Assembly (NCBI RefSeq): GCF_036321535.1
Contig: NC_087436.1
Location: 8,556,001-8,620,000, forward strand
Length of the DNA stretch: 64,000 nucleotides
DNA from: Camelus dromedarius
Lineage: Eukaryota
Reading direction: 5' to 3'
This document shows, one piece after another, positions 27,131 to 41,789 of this stretch. The notes below the pieces were generated by a model. That model searched no databases and was not told the origin of the DNA. It saw only the letters and a list, made by a program, of their open reading frames with translations. Both the position numbers and the translations under genes were made by a program. Each line of letters starts with the position of its first letter. Position 1 is the stretch's first letter.

Positions 27131-27883
27131 CAGGCAATAGGCCCTTTCTTTTCAAGATTGAGATGGAGATAGTTCATATGGGGTAGAGACCAAGTGGGGA
27201 AGCAGACACAGCTCTCTAACACAGGAAGCAGTGAAGATAAACCGAATACACACACACACACAACACTAGGCTGCAAGCACGCAGCGATATTATGTCTTAA
27301 GCATTTTACACTCCCTGTGTGGGCTGTACTAATATGCTAAAGAAGGTTGAAAGTACAGCTTAAAAGCAAATCCAGTAACTGTAATGAAAGCAGAAGAATG
27401 GCATTACAAGTCAAAGCTCGAAGGGTATATTACATTCACTTCTTTGAAATAAGATGAAGAAAATTGTGTTTATGTAGAAGAAACTTTGCACCCATGTAAG
27501 CATGCAGGAAGATTTGTCAACAATGATTTACATATGTGTGTGCACATGTACTCGTAAAAGTATGTAATTTGCTTAATAAGCAATTTATGACTGGGCTTTT
27601 CTCTTTTTCAGATAGTGCCCTGGGCTCTGGGAATGTAATGACCCCGAGAGGTGGCAGATCCTGACAATCGGGAGTTTGTGTTTGTGTAGAGTGGACTGGG
27701 GAAAAAGAGGCTCAGAGACACTGGGAAAGGGAAGGTCACGGTTTCAGAATTTGCGTGTTTCCGACATTCACTATTTAAGAGAATAGAGAGAAAAAGTTCC
27801 AGCTCCTGGGATATTTGGAATCCCTTTTGTTTGTCAGTTTATTTGTCTTTGTGGGAGGAATTAGTATCTAAGAATGATGGGAG

Positions 27884-28060
27884 TAAATAAACAAGTTTCT
27901 TCTGATAGTACAGGGAACTATAGTCAACATCTTGTAGTGACCTATAATGAAAATGAATGCATGTATGTACATGTATGACTGAAACATTATGCCATACACC
28001 TGAAACTGACACAACACTGTAAACGGACTATACTTCAACTTAAAAAAAAATGGGAAAAAA
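27884..28060 (+). mobile_element. L1 3' end fragment
   Basis: tagtacagggaactatag...ctatacttcaacttaaaaaaaaa, with TSD aagaatga(t/a)gggag at 27870-27883 and 28061-28074. Confidence 0.9.
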
Positions 28061-31000
28061 AAGAATGAAGGGAGAAAAGAAACCCTGAACTACTCTGAAT
28101 TGTGACTTTGCGAGATCTTTATCTAAGACCCATTTTTGGAAAGAATCTCAGTTGCTGCTTATCACTCTGAGAGCATAGTTTTCCTAAAAAGTCATGGAAC
28201 AACTGATGTTTTCAATTTCCGATGTGCTTGGATTTCAATGCAACCAGGTAATTTTAGTGCTGAAACTATCTCTATGCACCTGGCCTGTCCATGAATCAAG
28301 TCACAAGTGCAGAGCTGTCTTGATATATGGCCAGCCATATATATAATTTGGCTTTAACAGATTTGATAAAATATGAGGGATGGTGACATACTTTACTTTA
28401 ACTTTCACTTTCCCAGAATGTTTATTTTTCCCTTGGAGAAGCTTTAAGGAAACATATATCAAACCCAATCCCTTCTTAATCATTTTCTTGCTGTAATTTA
28501 TAATGGAAAAGCAGTGCTCCAGACCTCCCTCCAGGCCAGCAGAACGATGCCTGCTACCTGCTATTTCATTTTTCTTTATTCCCTGCAGTGCAGACATAGC
28601 CATTGGTTGTATGGGGATCATGGCGGATCTGACCCTGGATAAGTCCTCAGTCCCCTATTGCTATATTTGATTGCCAGCACTCATTCGAATTTTGAGGGCT
28701 CTAAAAGAGTGCCTCCAGTTAACGTTGTCCTTTCCAGCCCACCCAAATTGAAGAATACTATTGAGGTCCACTTTCCACAGGATCCTGAATTATGCAATCT
28801 GAGATATTCATTGGAACTAATTTCATCTTGGGGTACGTGATGGGAGAGAGAGGAGTTTTCACAAGGAAACTACTGGAACATTATTTGCTGTTTGTTTCTT
28901 TGTTTTGGTTAGCAGGTCAAATGTAGAGGAAGACAAAAGTGTGGCGCCTGGCATTTTTCGAATGTTTATATAAGTACCAGTTGCCGTCAAGCTCTCCTCA
29001 TCACTGGGATTTACAAATATACTTATTTATCTTATTGCTTATCATGTAATCATTGACTGAAATACACACACACACACACACGTCTAATGAACAACAATTA
29101 ATTTTAAGACACTATGTAATCAATCGATCATCCATGAAGAAAAATAATCATAAAAATGTCAAATTCCCATCCGTTCCATTTTTGCCTCAAGAAATAGGAG
29201 CACTTTAGAGGTAGATGTCTAGGAAAATATAACCCAAAGAAATGGGAGAAGTGGTTTGAAATTCTAGGCAATAAGATCAAATGGTAGTGCTGGGGGCGTG
29301 ATTTCAAGAGTAAGTAAGCCTTTCAAAGCATCTCTGATAGCAAAAGTGTTACCTCAGTTGCTAAGTTTCCTTTCTACTTATAGAACTAGTCCTGGAGTAG
29401 ACACGTACATCAGAAATAACTGCCTTCTTGCATTTACTGTAAGTGTCCTCTGTGCCAATTGACACTGGCAGACTTGAATGAAATGGGATTAAATCTGTTC
29501 CTAGTTGCACTTCAATCTGGGAGTGGACAAGAGATGGGAGAGGCGTGATTTGCAGGTGCTATGAGGGTCAGGCTGTAAATATGTCTTTTTTCATCATGTG
29601 TTTTAAATTTATCAAAGGTATTATTTTAGTCCGTGAAATTTTAAAGAATTTCTACGTAAAGCCTTAAATAGCCCAAATGTTAGCTGTGCCCTTGCAACCG
29701 AGGTAAAAACATCTTGCTGTTAATCCTTTTTCTTATCTTCCACCTGTTTTTTTCATGACAAGTCAAAAGCTCTAAAAGAGACTTCTGCTGATTTTTGCAT
29801 TTCTGGTAGCTTTACTTGATGGCTTTCTTAGTATCTTGTACTAAACTTTATCAAATTCCCCTGCTCTGACCACATTGGCCCCCATGTAGTTCTTACTTTT
29901 GTCCGCTAACTCCCCAAAATAAATCCTTTTTGGAAGTATGACCTAAGATTTTTCAGGGACATCCAGTGGAAATGTTTCTTCACTCATTGGTTGTCATTCT
30001 GCCTCCTCATTAGTTCCTCTTCTTACTCTTTCAAGTATCCTCACCCCTCTAAATATTTACACAAAATAAAAAAAAAATGATAACATGATAAATTACTGGC
30101 AAATCTACTGTTTTTCATTTCTTATATGCAAATATTAGTGGCAGCTGTACTGTAAATTGTAATCTTTACACATATTATAAGAAATTGACATTTAATTACT
30201 GTCTTCAGAGTGGTTCCAAAAATAAAACAATAATTTATGTAAATATCTATTCTTTTAAAAATTTAGTTGCTTTGATGTTTAATCCAATCATTGAAACACA
30301 ACTATTTTTTCTGAAAGAAAATTTATTTTTAAATTAGTATTTAATATCTGGCTACTTTAAAAAATTGATAACAAAATTATTAAATTCCCATGCATTAGCC
30401 ATATCATTAAAAAATTAAGAGTAGTGGAACTATAATACTATTCAAATATATCTATTTACATGTAATGATATAATAACAGTTCTGTGAAATCAAATTTTTA
30501 GGAAAGTGAAACATTTTGCTTGACATCTGTAGAGCACTTTGATGAAAAAATAATAACTTATTTCATTTTTTATAATATTAATAGACATAATTGATTCTTC
30601 TGAGAATTACATACATATTTTCATTTTTTACAGTCTCTTTTCATTTTACCTATCTGGATATTTTGTACATAGAATAAGACATAATTCCAAATCTAAATTC
30701 TTCATATAAGAAATTAATATTTCTCATGTCATTACAAAACACGGTCCTTTTGTACTGCATAATCTCTTCAACTTTAGAACTATGATTCATGGTTTGTTAA
30801 TCACTTATTGAAATTTAAGGTTTTTAAAGAAAATTCTCTATGAACTGCCAGTCTGAAAAATGAGTGTCTACCTAATACACATTGCCAGTTAACTGAAATG
30901 CCTGATGAATTACTAATGTGAAACACACATCATTTATTAAATATTCAACAGAACTATTTTTGTAAAAAATAACAGAATGTAAGATATAAAATGTTTTATT

Positions 31001-32383
31001 CTTACTTAAAAGCAAATAAGCATATAATTTTAGAGTGATTGAGATCAATGTACTTCAATAAACATCAGAAAATCGTTTGTGTTATTACATCAATTTCAAG
31101 TACTTTATACTTTTTCTAAATATTTGGGGGATGAATTCACCAACTCACACTCTGGTGTATTAAAAGTATCCATTACGTGTTTTAATAGCCTTTTAAAAAT
31201 AAAGGTTTCGTCAATCAGCGTTTAGTCAATCCCTTTCAGAAGTGCAGGAACTAATGGGGAGACAGGAGTGTAATACACTCTCTCATCTTCCAGGAAGAGT
31301 AGTTTAGTGAAACTAAATTGTATTCACAACAGGGGTTCACACACGCAATTTTTAAAGAATAGTTGCCTGCTGGTCTGGGGTTTTTCTGCACAAGCAATCA
31401 AATTCAAGAATGAGGAAGGAAAGGACGCAAACTTGCTTCATTGGCCAGAACTCAGCTGTTTGGAGACCATTCTGATTTAGCGCAAACATCGGTGGCACTG
31501 GTGTGGCTGAGCCTAGATGTGTACCCAGCCTAGGGCTCAGGTTATTTTCAGATTTCTATAGAGAAGGAGTGATAAGCAAAACCCACAGAAGGGATTTTTC
31601 ACTAAAAAGCTCTTACTCTCTAGTATAAAATAGAAAGAATGGTGTGTGGCCTGGGCTGTGTCACTCAGGATGGGATGGAATTCAGCTGAGTTGTGAGAAT
31701 GAGTAAGTGGGCCCTCATTCTCAGGCAGTTTTTAAATGAAAATTAGTCTCCTGAAATTCAAATTCATCAGGCCACTGTAAAAGGCACCTGCTGTTAGGCT
31801 CTGACGAAGTTTTAAAGTGCTGAGAATTTCAAACGGTCTTAAAAAGTGAACAACATTCCCAATTTTGTGAAGATGGATGATTTTTTTTTTAAGCTACAAG
31901 TTTATCTTTTAATACAGATTTAGGAAGTAATTTTGTTTCTCTTAAAGTCTTTAGTTTCCATTTACCTCACAGAGTAAACAAACCTGAGAATTATAGACCA
32001 AAAAAAAAAGGAGAAAAAGATGAGAAGAAATCAAGCAGAGAAAAATAAAGACTTTCAGCAAAACCACTGCTAATCTCAGGGAAGCTCTTGTTCCAATGTA
32101 GATTATGAGTAATCTGGACACAGCTGTTACGGGCAACTTAACATTCAAACACTATATGATTCCTATCCCTAGAAAGAAATGAAGTCAGCTGGCTGAGATC
32201 ACAAGAGCCAAAGGAAAAGAGTGTTGCTGGGACATTAAGGCTTAGATCTGTCTGATAGGAGACATAAGTCCTTCTTACTGCAGTTTACAGCTTTCACACC
32301 ATTCCCTATACTTAATGCCCAACTCACTGCATGTCCCACACTATGTAAGATGCTGAGAAATCAGGTGCATAAGAAATAGTCTT

Positions 32384-33104
32384 GGTGAGAATGTAGTTTG
32401 GTGTAGCCATTATGGAAAACAGCATGGAGATTCCTTAAAAAAATTAAAAATAGACTTACCATGTGATTCAGCAATCCCACTCCTGGGCATATATCTGGAG
32501 GGAACTCTAATTTGAAAAGACACATGCACCCCAATGTTCATAGCAGCACTATTTACAATAGCCAAGACATGGAAACAACCTAAATGTCCATTGACAGATG
32601 ACTGGATAAAGAAGTTGTATTTACACCATGGAATACTACTCAGCCATAAAAAAGAATAAAATCATGCCATTTGCAGCAATATGGATGGATGTGGAGATCA
32701 TCATTCTAAGTGAAGTAAGCCAGAAAGAGAAAGAAAAATACCATATGATATCACTTACAGGTGGACTCTTAAAAAAAAAAGAGAGACACAAATGTACTTA
32801 TTCACAAAACAGAAACATATTCACAGACAGAGAGAGCAAACTTATGATTACTAGGGGGAAATGGGGTGGGACAGGATAAATCAAGAGTTTGATATTGGTA
32901 GATACTAACTACTATATATAAAATAGACACACAACAAGTTTCTTCCATATAGCACAGGGAACTATATTCAATATCTTTTAGTAACCTATACTGAAAAAGA
33001 ATATGAAAGGGAGTAGATGTATGTATATGTCTGACTGAAACATTATGCTGTACACTAGAAATTGACACAACATTGTAAACTGATTATACTTCAATTAAAA
33101 AAAA
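32384..33104 (+). mobile_element. 5'-truncated L1 (ORF2 end + 3' UTR)
   Basis: ORF MEYYSAIKKNKIMPFAAIWMDVEIIILSEVSQ is the L1 ORF2 terminus. Poly-A tail and flanks aagaaata(--/ca)gtctt. Confidence 0.95.
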
Positions 33105-35199
33105 AAGAAATACAGTCTTCATTCAATACTACTAGTCTGGTTTAGGAAAGAGTGTAACAGTTCCTTCTTTCTTTATTTCCATTCCTATGAGAAACATGAA
33201 TTAAGTGCCTACCAGTCTAGAGTCACTAAGGATATAAAATCCTGACACCTGTCTAGACATTTTTCAGACATGGGAAATATAAATTATTTGAAATGGCCAT
33301 CTGAAAGAAAAGCAGATTAGTGTGATGGGGGATCAGAGGAAGAAGACTTATACTAATTAAACATATATTATGCATCAGATCTTCTGCCTGGCCTGGACTA
33401 TGTACCAAGCACAATAGTCAGAAAATAGTCTCAAATTTGGAAAAACGCAATTCATAGAAAAAGCAATCTCAGAACACATGCCACATTTGGGCAGAAAAAC
33501 GTTCCATGAATTGGTAAGAGAAAAGACCACATCTACCCTCAGGTTCTCCTGATGTGTAATAAATCCTCATTATGTTAAAAACACTTTACATATTTAAACA
33601 TCTATTTTTGGAAATGCATGCTACCTTCCATTCTTATTCTTCACTTTAGTAATAGGAAGAGTTGCTGTGAAACACAGTAGGAAGCATGATGATCATTCAC
33701 ATTCATTCCAAATGGGGCTCTGTATGCAGGTAGAATTGTGATAATTTAATTTTGTCTTCTTACAAGTATTGGCAAAACACTTGTGCATTTCACTATACAC
33801 CCCTAGATGAAATCAAGATGTTTAAAAATATCCTCAAGCATACTTTTCAGTGTTTCTCATAAGTTATAGAAATAACTTAAATAAAACGTTGCCTTATATG
33901 TGTTCACATTATATGAATGTTCTTGTAATGATTAATAGCTCCAACTTCAGATATGTAGTAATCATTTTGACCCTAAAGAGATGTTAAGTTCTGAGAGTGT
34001 ATCAGTTAAACATACAAACACAAAATGACTCATGGCACTCACTTTATTCAGACAAATTTAGACTCCTCTCCCTGATAGCTATTTTATCCTAATGACACAA
34101 TATACTTGTAGGAGAAAAAAATACCCAGAACTATATACTATTAACCATATTAGTGTCATAGACACAGGAATTTGGACCCAAATAATTGAATTAATAGTGT
34201 ATTTTTAAAAAATACACAAAGTTGACGATAGTATATCAGATACAATGATAGGGAATAGGAGAATGAGATAAATAAAAGCAAATGTTACATATCAAATTAT
34301 CGATTAGTAATAATTTACCAACAACTTGAAAACAACAAAAGCATATTTATTCATCATAACACTCAATGCCAATGAAAGGACGTTTGATCCTCATCCAATT
34401 AGTATAAAAACATTATATATATTTTAGACACCATCTCAAGTGGGATAATTTTCAGTTCATATTCTTATTTCTTTGGTCTCTGAATGATTATAATGCTTGC
34501 AGTCAGAGCTAAATATTACTTTGATGCAAATGCTTTTCAAATATGCTGCATTTCCATTAAGTTCTACTTATTTTCCATAAAAACATGTAATAATTGTGAC
34601 AGTATATCATGATTTTTAATCTCTTTATTGCTAAGCACATGATAGGCATTCTGAAAACAATAATAAATTGCTTGACAAATATATCAAACTCTTGGAAAGC
34701 ATCTATTTGGGTGCACAAAGAACAGTTTAAATTTAATTGACCGTGAGCCACAACTCTAATTTATGAATCTCCCTTTTTATTTTTCCAAGTTGAATTCTGC
34801 ACTCTTTCAGAATTCTTACAACTCCAACTTTTATAAGAGATAATTTTCAGTTTAATTCAAGGGAAACAAATGTACACAAGAACCAAATAATGGCTCATAT
34901 AACATATCTGAAGCAGTTCCCCTCATCAAAATTTACTTGAAAAAGAGAATAAAATACTAGTTTGTTTCAGATTCACTAATATTGCTAAGCACTGCTTTAC
35001 ATTGTTTCGAATACATTATCAAAACACATAGTATCAGAAATTGTCAATATACAAATTCTCCCCCTTTTCATCACTTAAAGCACTTCTGCAGAACCTTCAG
35101 AGTGATATCATTGGAAGTTATCATTTTTTTACTTTTTTGTAAATACTTAAAGATAAAACATGCCAACATGTTTTCTGAGGGTACAGACCTCAAACATTT

Positions 35200-35713
35200 T
35201 TTTAATTGATGTATATATGATTTACAACATTGTGCTAGTTTTTGGTGTAAAGCATAATGTTTCAGTTATACAAATATATGTTTTTTCATATTTTTTCATT
35301 ATAGTTATTACAAGATATCGAATATAGTTCCCTGTGCTATATAGTAGGTCCTTGTTGCTTATCTATTTTATGTACAGTACTGTGTATCTGCTAATCCCAA
35401 ACTCCTAATTTATCCTTACCCCCACTTTCCCCTTTGGTAACCATAAGTTTGTTTTCTACATCTGTGAGTCTGTGTTTTGTAAATAACTTCATTTGCATCA
35501 TTTTTTTCAGATTCCACATATATGTGATATATAATATTTGTCTTTCTCTTTCTGACTTACTTCACTTAATATGATAATCTCTAGGTCTATCCATGTTGCT
35601 GCAAATGGCATTGTTTCATTCTTTTTAATGGCTGAGTAATATTCCATTGTGTATATATGTGTGCATGTGTGTATCACATCTTATTTATCCAATCATCTGT
35701 CATGAACATTTAT
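35200..35713 (-). mobile_element. 5'-truncated L1
   Basis: L1 3' UTR on the minus strand with a perfect 15-bp TSD agacctcaaacattt at 35185-35199 and 35714-35728. Confidence 0.95.
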
Positions 35714-36168
35714 AGACCTCAAACATTTCAACTTTCCATACTCACTAATACAGTGTTATATTCATTCCTATATGGGCAAAAACGATATAAGAATGCTATT
35801 ACAATACATTGAATAGGTGGTGATGAGAGTGGCTCTCCTCTCTGGGAGGAACTCAGGCCAAGTTCAAATGTCAGCATTTTGCAAAATCCTAATAAGAATA
35901 TCTTAATGATAATTGGCAAAAATATGAACTGTAACATCGATTTAAAAATGCAACCATATCTTTGTAAATTCACTTCTCTATTACACAGAAAAGGAAGTAC
36001 ATCACACAAAATTCATCATCATATTGATAAATGAATGTCCATCAGGCAGATGAGACAAAGCTAAATCATGTGCAATGATGTGTCTAATTGTTGGGTAACT
36101 GAATTTTTCTTTTGGTGATTTCCCATGGCTTTCTATCAGAAGTAGAGAGAAACCAAAACATGGATACA

Positions 36169-36327
36169 AGGAGTGGGTATAGCTCAGTGGTGGAGCATGT
36201 GCCTAGTATGCATGAGTTCCTGGGTTCAATCTCCAGTACCTCCGTTAAAAAAAACTGATAATAAATAAACCGAATTACCTCCCTCCAGAAAAATCTTAAG
36301 TAAATAATTTTTTTTATTGAAAAAAAA
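36169..36327 (+). mobile_element. tRNA-derived SINE (Vic-1-like) next to a FSTL5 donor site
   Basis: gggtatagctcagtggtggagcatgtgcctagtatgcatgagttcctgggttcaatctccagtacctcc plus an A-rich tail. TSD is imperfect (tggatac / tgggtac). Confidence 0.88.
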
Positions 36328-36350
36328 GTGGGTACTCATCTTAGCACTTA

Positions 36351-36476
<126 letters not shown>

Positions 36477-36795
36477 CTACACGGAACAGCACATTTAGAC
36501 CTGGCAAACCATGCCCTCCATAGCATCAGCTGTGAAGTAAATCTTTGGCAGTTGTCTGCCTAGACTCTTTATTCCCACCCTCAAATTAGTATATTATCAA
36601 GCAATTTGGAATTCTGTAATCGGTTGCTTATTTTCAAGGTAGAAGCTGCTGCTGCTATAGAGAAAAAAATTGAAAAAGATTTGTCTACTTAAAATATAAA
36701 ACATGCATATAAGTAACTTATGTATTCTAGAAATGTTATTGCTAAAATGAGAAAAATAAAAAGTGGACGTATGAGATAAATGAGATACTCACTTG

Positions 36796-37004
36796 CTTTC
36801 TTTTTCTTTCTTTCTTCTTCAGTTCCTTTCCTCCCTTCCTCCCTTCCCTCCTTCCCTCCTTCCTTCCTCTCTTCCTCCCTCCTTCTTTCCCTCCTTCCTT
36901 CCTCTCTTCCTTCCTTCCATCCTTCTTTCCTTCCTTCCTCCTTCCTTCCATCCGTCCTTCCTTCCCTCCTTCCTTCCTTCCTCCCATCCTCCCTTCCTCC
37001 CTCC
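36796..37004. repeat. Degenerate (CCTT)n polypyrimidine/polypurine tract
   Basis: About 210 bp that is almost entirely C/T on the + strand. Confidence 0.97.
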
Positions 37005-37679
37005 ATGGCTTTTTTGAGGAATAACTGATAAATAAAAACTTCCCCCTCCTATAAAAGATTTGGAAACATAGAACAGAGAACTAAAAAAAAATACCACATG
37101 AACTATTTTTGCTCTTAGAAATCTTAGAATAGAACACCATATTTTGAACCTTTTTTTTCCTTTTACACATAGAAAATAACAGATTTAAGTGAGTTTTAAT
37201 CAGAGAGGTTTCTTCTAACTATTCATCATTAATTGGTCTTGGAAACTCTCATAGTTCATTAAAGAAAAGATCACCACTTTTGAGCTCCTTTATTCCTTAT
37301 ACACCATTGCACACCAAATTCTATCAGCTCCTCCTCCCGATTTCTCACACCTCCACCTTTGCTCTGTTGCCCTTGTTGCAAAGCCATTGCTCTGGATTTT
37401 GCCTTTTGAAGCACTCTCCTGCCTTTGTTTTTCCATTTTAAATCATTTCTACATATTATCACAAAATTAAACTTCCTAAACTAGTGACTGCCTAAATTAA
37501 GTAGCATTTCCTCCCCCAAAACTGAATGTTTTCCTTAGGTTTTTAAGACAGAAGCAAATAGCATTTTTATTTTTAGGGTTTTTTTTCCCAAAAAGGTTAA
37601 TTTTTCTTCATTCAAATGCGTATAATTTCGTGAGTTCCATTGGAAATTTTGCCAACTTCAAGAAAATGGATTATTGCAA

Positions 37680-37995
37680 CCATCAGGATAGACGCAGTTA
37701 TGTGACAGTCAAAAAAAATAAATAAATGAAACAGAAACAAATCTTTACATCTTAGTGGCTTAGAATACAAAGATTTTGTTTCATACCTGTTGCTTCCCCA
37801 GAGGGCTCTGGCAGGATATCTACTGTTCCTAGTATTTTCATTCCATTTCCCATGAGGAAGGAGCAGCCCATGAGGGAGGATCTTTGAATGTTTCCACTCA
37901 TGAAAGGCCTTATTTGCCGGAACTAATCATATGGCCCCACCCAACCAAAAGAAGACCCCCATGTGCCCAGAGGGGGAGAGAACCAAATATGTGAT
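37680..37995. mobile_element. Probable MaLR (MLT1-type) LTR remnant
   Basis: catcttagtggctt...caaagattt and ggaactaatcatatggccccaccca motifs; degenerate. Confidence 0.5.
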
Positions 37996-38220
37996 GAAAT
38001 TTTAAAGACACTATATCTATTTTATTAACGAGTTTCAGTGAGAAACCCCTCCCTGGTTTTTAGCCATTCATAATAATGCCTAAAAGACTTTAATAAAAAT
38101 CAACAAGATTAATTCCAATGGAACTCTCCAAATTTTCTTCCCTTTGGATTGTATAGAAGTATATAATTCTCAAAATGCATGTACGTGTATTTGAAATTAA
38201 TAATACTTAGACTAACAGAA

Positions 38221-38221
<1 letters not shown>

Positions 38222-38273
<52 letters not shown>
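38222..38273. repeat. (TAA)n microsatellite
   Basis: About 17 perfect TAA units, which explain the poly-Ile ORF at 38109-38330. Confidence 0.97.
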
Positions 38274-38274
<1 letters not shown>

Positions 38275-40681
38275 TTTACTAAGAGCGTGCTATGTTTCAA
38301 TATATGTCCTGAATAGTTTACAGGCATCACAGAATTTAATACTCAAACAAAGCTATAATATGTGTATTGTATCCCAAACTTACAATGCAAACTTGCACGA
38401 TGCAAAAATATTTCACACCACTGAAGATTATCTAAACCTCTCTTCTGTGCTTGGCATAGTCCTAGGTTGTAAAAAGACAAAGCCACTTCCCCAGGGTAAG
38501 TCTGGGCTTTAATTCCTCATGGGTCAAGGTCCTTCTCACTGCTAGAATTGAGCAGGAAGTGGTGAATTGCCAGGTTCAGGACTGAACCCACTGACTTTAA
38601 GGACATAGGTTGATCTATGATACACCTTAATTAACAGGGCCAGTCTGGCAACAACCTTGCTGGCCTCGCTCTGTGCCACACCTTCTGCAAACCCAGAGCC
38701 ACCATCTGCCCCATCACCCCATCTTGCTGGGATTTACTTCCTGGCCACTGGCAGAGTGTGAAGATTTTACTCCAAGTTGTTTTCTGAGGATATTTTCTTC
38801 TCTAATTGTACATTCGCAAAAACACTACACAAAGATCATAAAACTGCAGATGACGGACTCATAAGTTTTAGCTTTTTACAGAATTTCTTAAATTTTCATA
38901 AGGCATAAATGTCCTCTAAAAATACCTAGGATAAATCTTTTTGAGAATTCGTCTGAGAACACTAGATGGAAAATCACTGTCTTCATCACCTAAAATTATG
39001 ACAATTCATAGGGTTTTATGAGTTAATTGTAAATATCAGAGAAAATAAGATATACGGCTTTCCTAATTGACAAAGATGTATAGATTTAATAATATTCAAC
39101 ATGAAAGCACAAAAGAGGGCGTTTGGATCCTTGGTAAAATGCTTCTGCACCTTCAAGGGTCAGTGGGTACCATTATACGTTCTACTGCATTAGGGCTAAA
39201 CAGCTATCTCCTAGCCTGCACACCCTAGCATCAGTCTCTTTCCAGTAACTTCAATATTGTGGCACAGGGACACTCCAGCAAAAAAAAGAGCTTGCCCACA
39301 TGTTCTGATTTGCTCAATTCAATTTCTCCAAAGGAAAGTCAGTTCCCTTTTTTCAAACAAAACTCAAATCCCATTTCTTTGGGAGATAGTTCCTGATAAT
39401 CCTCTTGGGAGACAATGACCCGTAACTATTCTGACATTTCTGCAGAGTCAGGTCTTTCTGAGCAGAAAGCATTGGCTAACTTGGTTAAAGGATGATGGGC
39501 CGAGCCAAAATGTCTCGGAAGCCTGAGATGGAGTATTGCTTCTGAGAGATTTAGAGGCTTAACTCATCTAAGCTGTTACTGATGTGCCAGCGCACTGACT
39601 ACCCCTCCTCTCCCAGGAGAAGGTTTGCACACGTGCCAGAGTATCTGTCTTTCTTTCTCTCTCTCACACCAAAGGGAGGGACTTAAAACAACTTAGGGAC
39701 ATGGGATTCCAGTCTCCTTCTAGTCACTCACCACATCACCCTATGTGGGTTGAGGATGGAAAATAAAAACTAGCACTTTCCATGAGTAAGACACAACCTG
39801 TTCTCTGATTCCGAGACCCAGTCACTTATCTGTCTGTCTGTCTATCTATCTCTCTGTCTTTATACATACAGAAATATGTACATACACTCTATCTAAATAA
39901 ATCTTGTATATGTACTATTTTAAGAGCAATTCTCAATTCCTATATTTTATATTTTCAGATGTGAGACTAACCTTTCACTCCCACCTAGCAAATATTTTAA
40001 AAATTCACTGTATCTTATTAGCATATTTTTAAATTAGAACTTCAGAGAAAAAGAACCCATTTTAGATGGCTAGATAATATGTGGGGAATTTCTTAACACT
40101 GCTACAATGAGTCATTGTCAAAATGTATGCACACACATATATATACATATATATCTGTCAAGTCCTCATATAAACGATTTCAAACATAAGCAAATTCCAC
40201 AGAAATGACAGCACATTTACCCCAATTAGAAATGAGCCTGCACCCAGAGAGTAAAATAATGTGTGTTTGGAGGAAAATGGAGACCTGCTTTGAGATTCTG
40301 TCCAAATCTCCTGGTCTCTGTCTCACATGCCCCATCCAACAGGCATCATTATAAAGAGAAATGGAAACAACAAAATTCTCATGAAAATCAGAAGGAAGTA
40401 CAGAACTGTCAAAAGGTAAACTGTAACTTTTTTTTTTATTCCCAATGGCATGAGCTTTGTCATCATAGGTTATTCTTTTTGCACATAAATCTAATGCTTG
40501 GTAAGTATGACCTAGAACATTTTCCAATCCAAAAAAAGGTACTTGAGTATTGACAATTTTTCCCCTTCTTTGCAGATCTAGATGTGTTTAAAATACATTT
40601 CTCAGATGGAAGAATATCATTGTTAAATGGTTATAAATATCCAGTTAGGTATCTAAATGCTTAAAGACCACTATTTTCTCA

Positions 40682-40867
<186 letters not shown>

Positions 40868-41789
40868 CTAGAAATTATGGAAGACTCCAAACTTTTGGAT
40901 ATCAGATTAAACATTTCTGTTGTCAATTATCTAATTTTCTAAACCCTTATTTAATGAATTTGGAAACATGATACTTGACTCAAACATGTTTTTGCACCCT
41001 TTTATATAGTCATATTCATTCATTACTCATGCAAATTGTGTTTGATGGAGAAGCTATTTAGAAACTCGAGATATAAGTGATTAATATGTGTATTTTAATT
41101 TTTGAATACAGGTGAGAACTATGTTTACCCTATTAGATTTTTCTATCCCAAAGCTGGTTATTGGATTTAGCCATCTATAATGCTAAAACACCAACAATCT
41201 GATCTACGGTTGTAACTATCATAACAGATTACCTAATTTAGTTTCCTTAATGAGAAATCTAAAACAATAGAAAAAGGAAAAGCATTTTTTTGTAACATAC
41301 TTGAGATGGTAAATGAGTTTTCCTGCTAACATTTATCATATTTAGCATTTACTGAAAACAAAACTTCCAGAAAACAAATTGCTGCTGGTAAGTTATTTCA
41401 TTCACCTTAATTCCAAGCTATTTATATTACAAGTGAACACCTTTTTGAAGTAATTTCCTGTAATAGTTACATATTTTCTAATTTTATAACATAAAACAAG
41501 TTGTATTCAATAAAATAACCCTTATGCAATAGTAAAGGCATTTCATCCCCAAGTTCTAGTGAATATATTTATAGAATTTCTCAAATCTTAGTTCATGATG
41601 TAACCCTCTTCACAGTGGGTTGAACACACAGATTCATATTTTATCTAACATGTTAGCAATTTAGTCTTACTAAAGTATTTCTTTTCTAAAACCTTGTCCT
41701 ATATTTTATCTATTTAAAATTCTCAATATTCTTGGATTAGAAGTAGTTATTGCATTTCTGAACAGACCTATTTAAATACTTCTGTATGC

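Noticed and set aside
36689..37097. Cluster of E/G/R/K-rich and S/P/F/L-rich ORFs
   Set aside because: Translations of the (CCTT)n low-complexity tract.
38109..38330. Poly-Ile ORF; similarly the poly-(His-Thr) ORFs at 1725-1970
   Set aside because: Microsatellite translations of (TAA)n and (CA)n.
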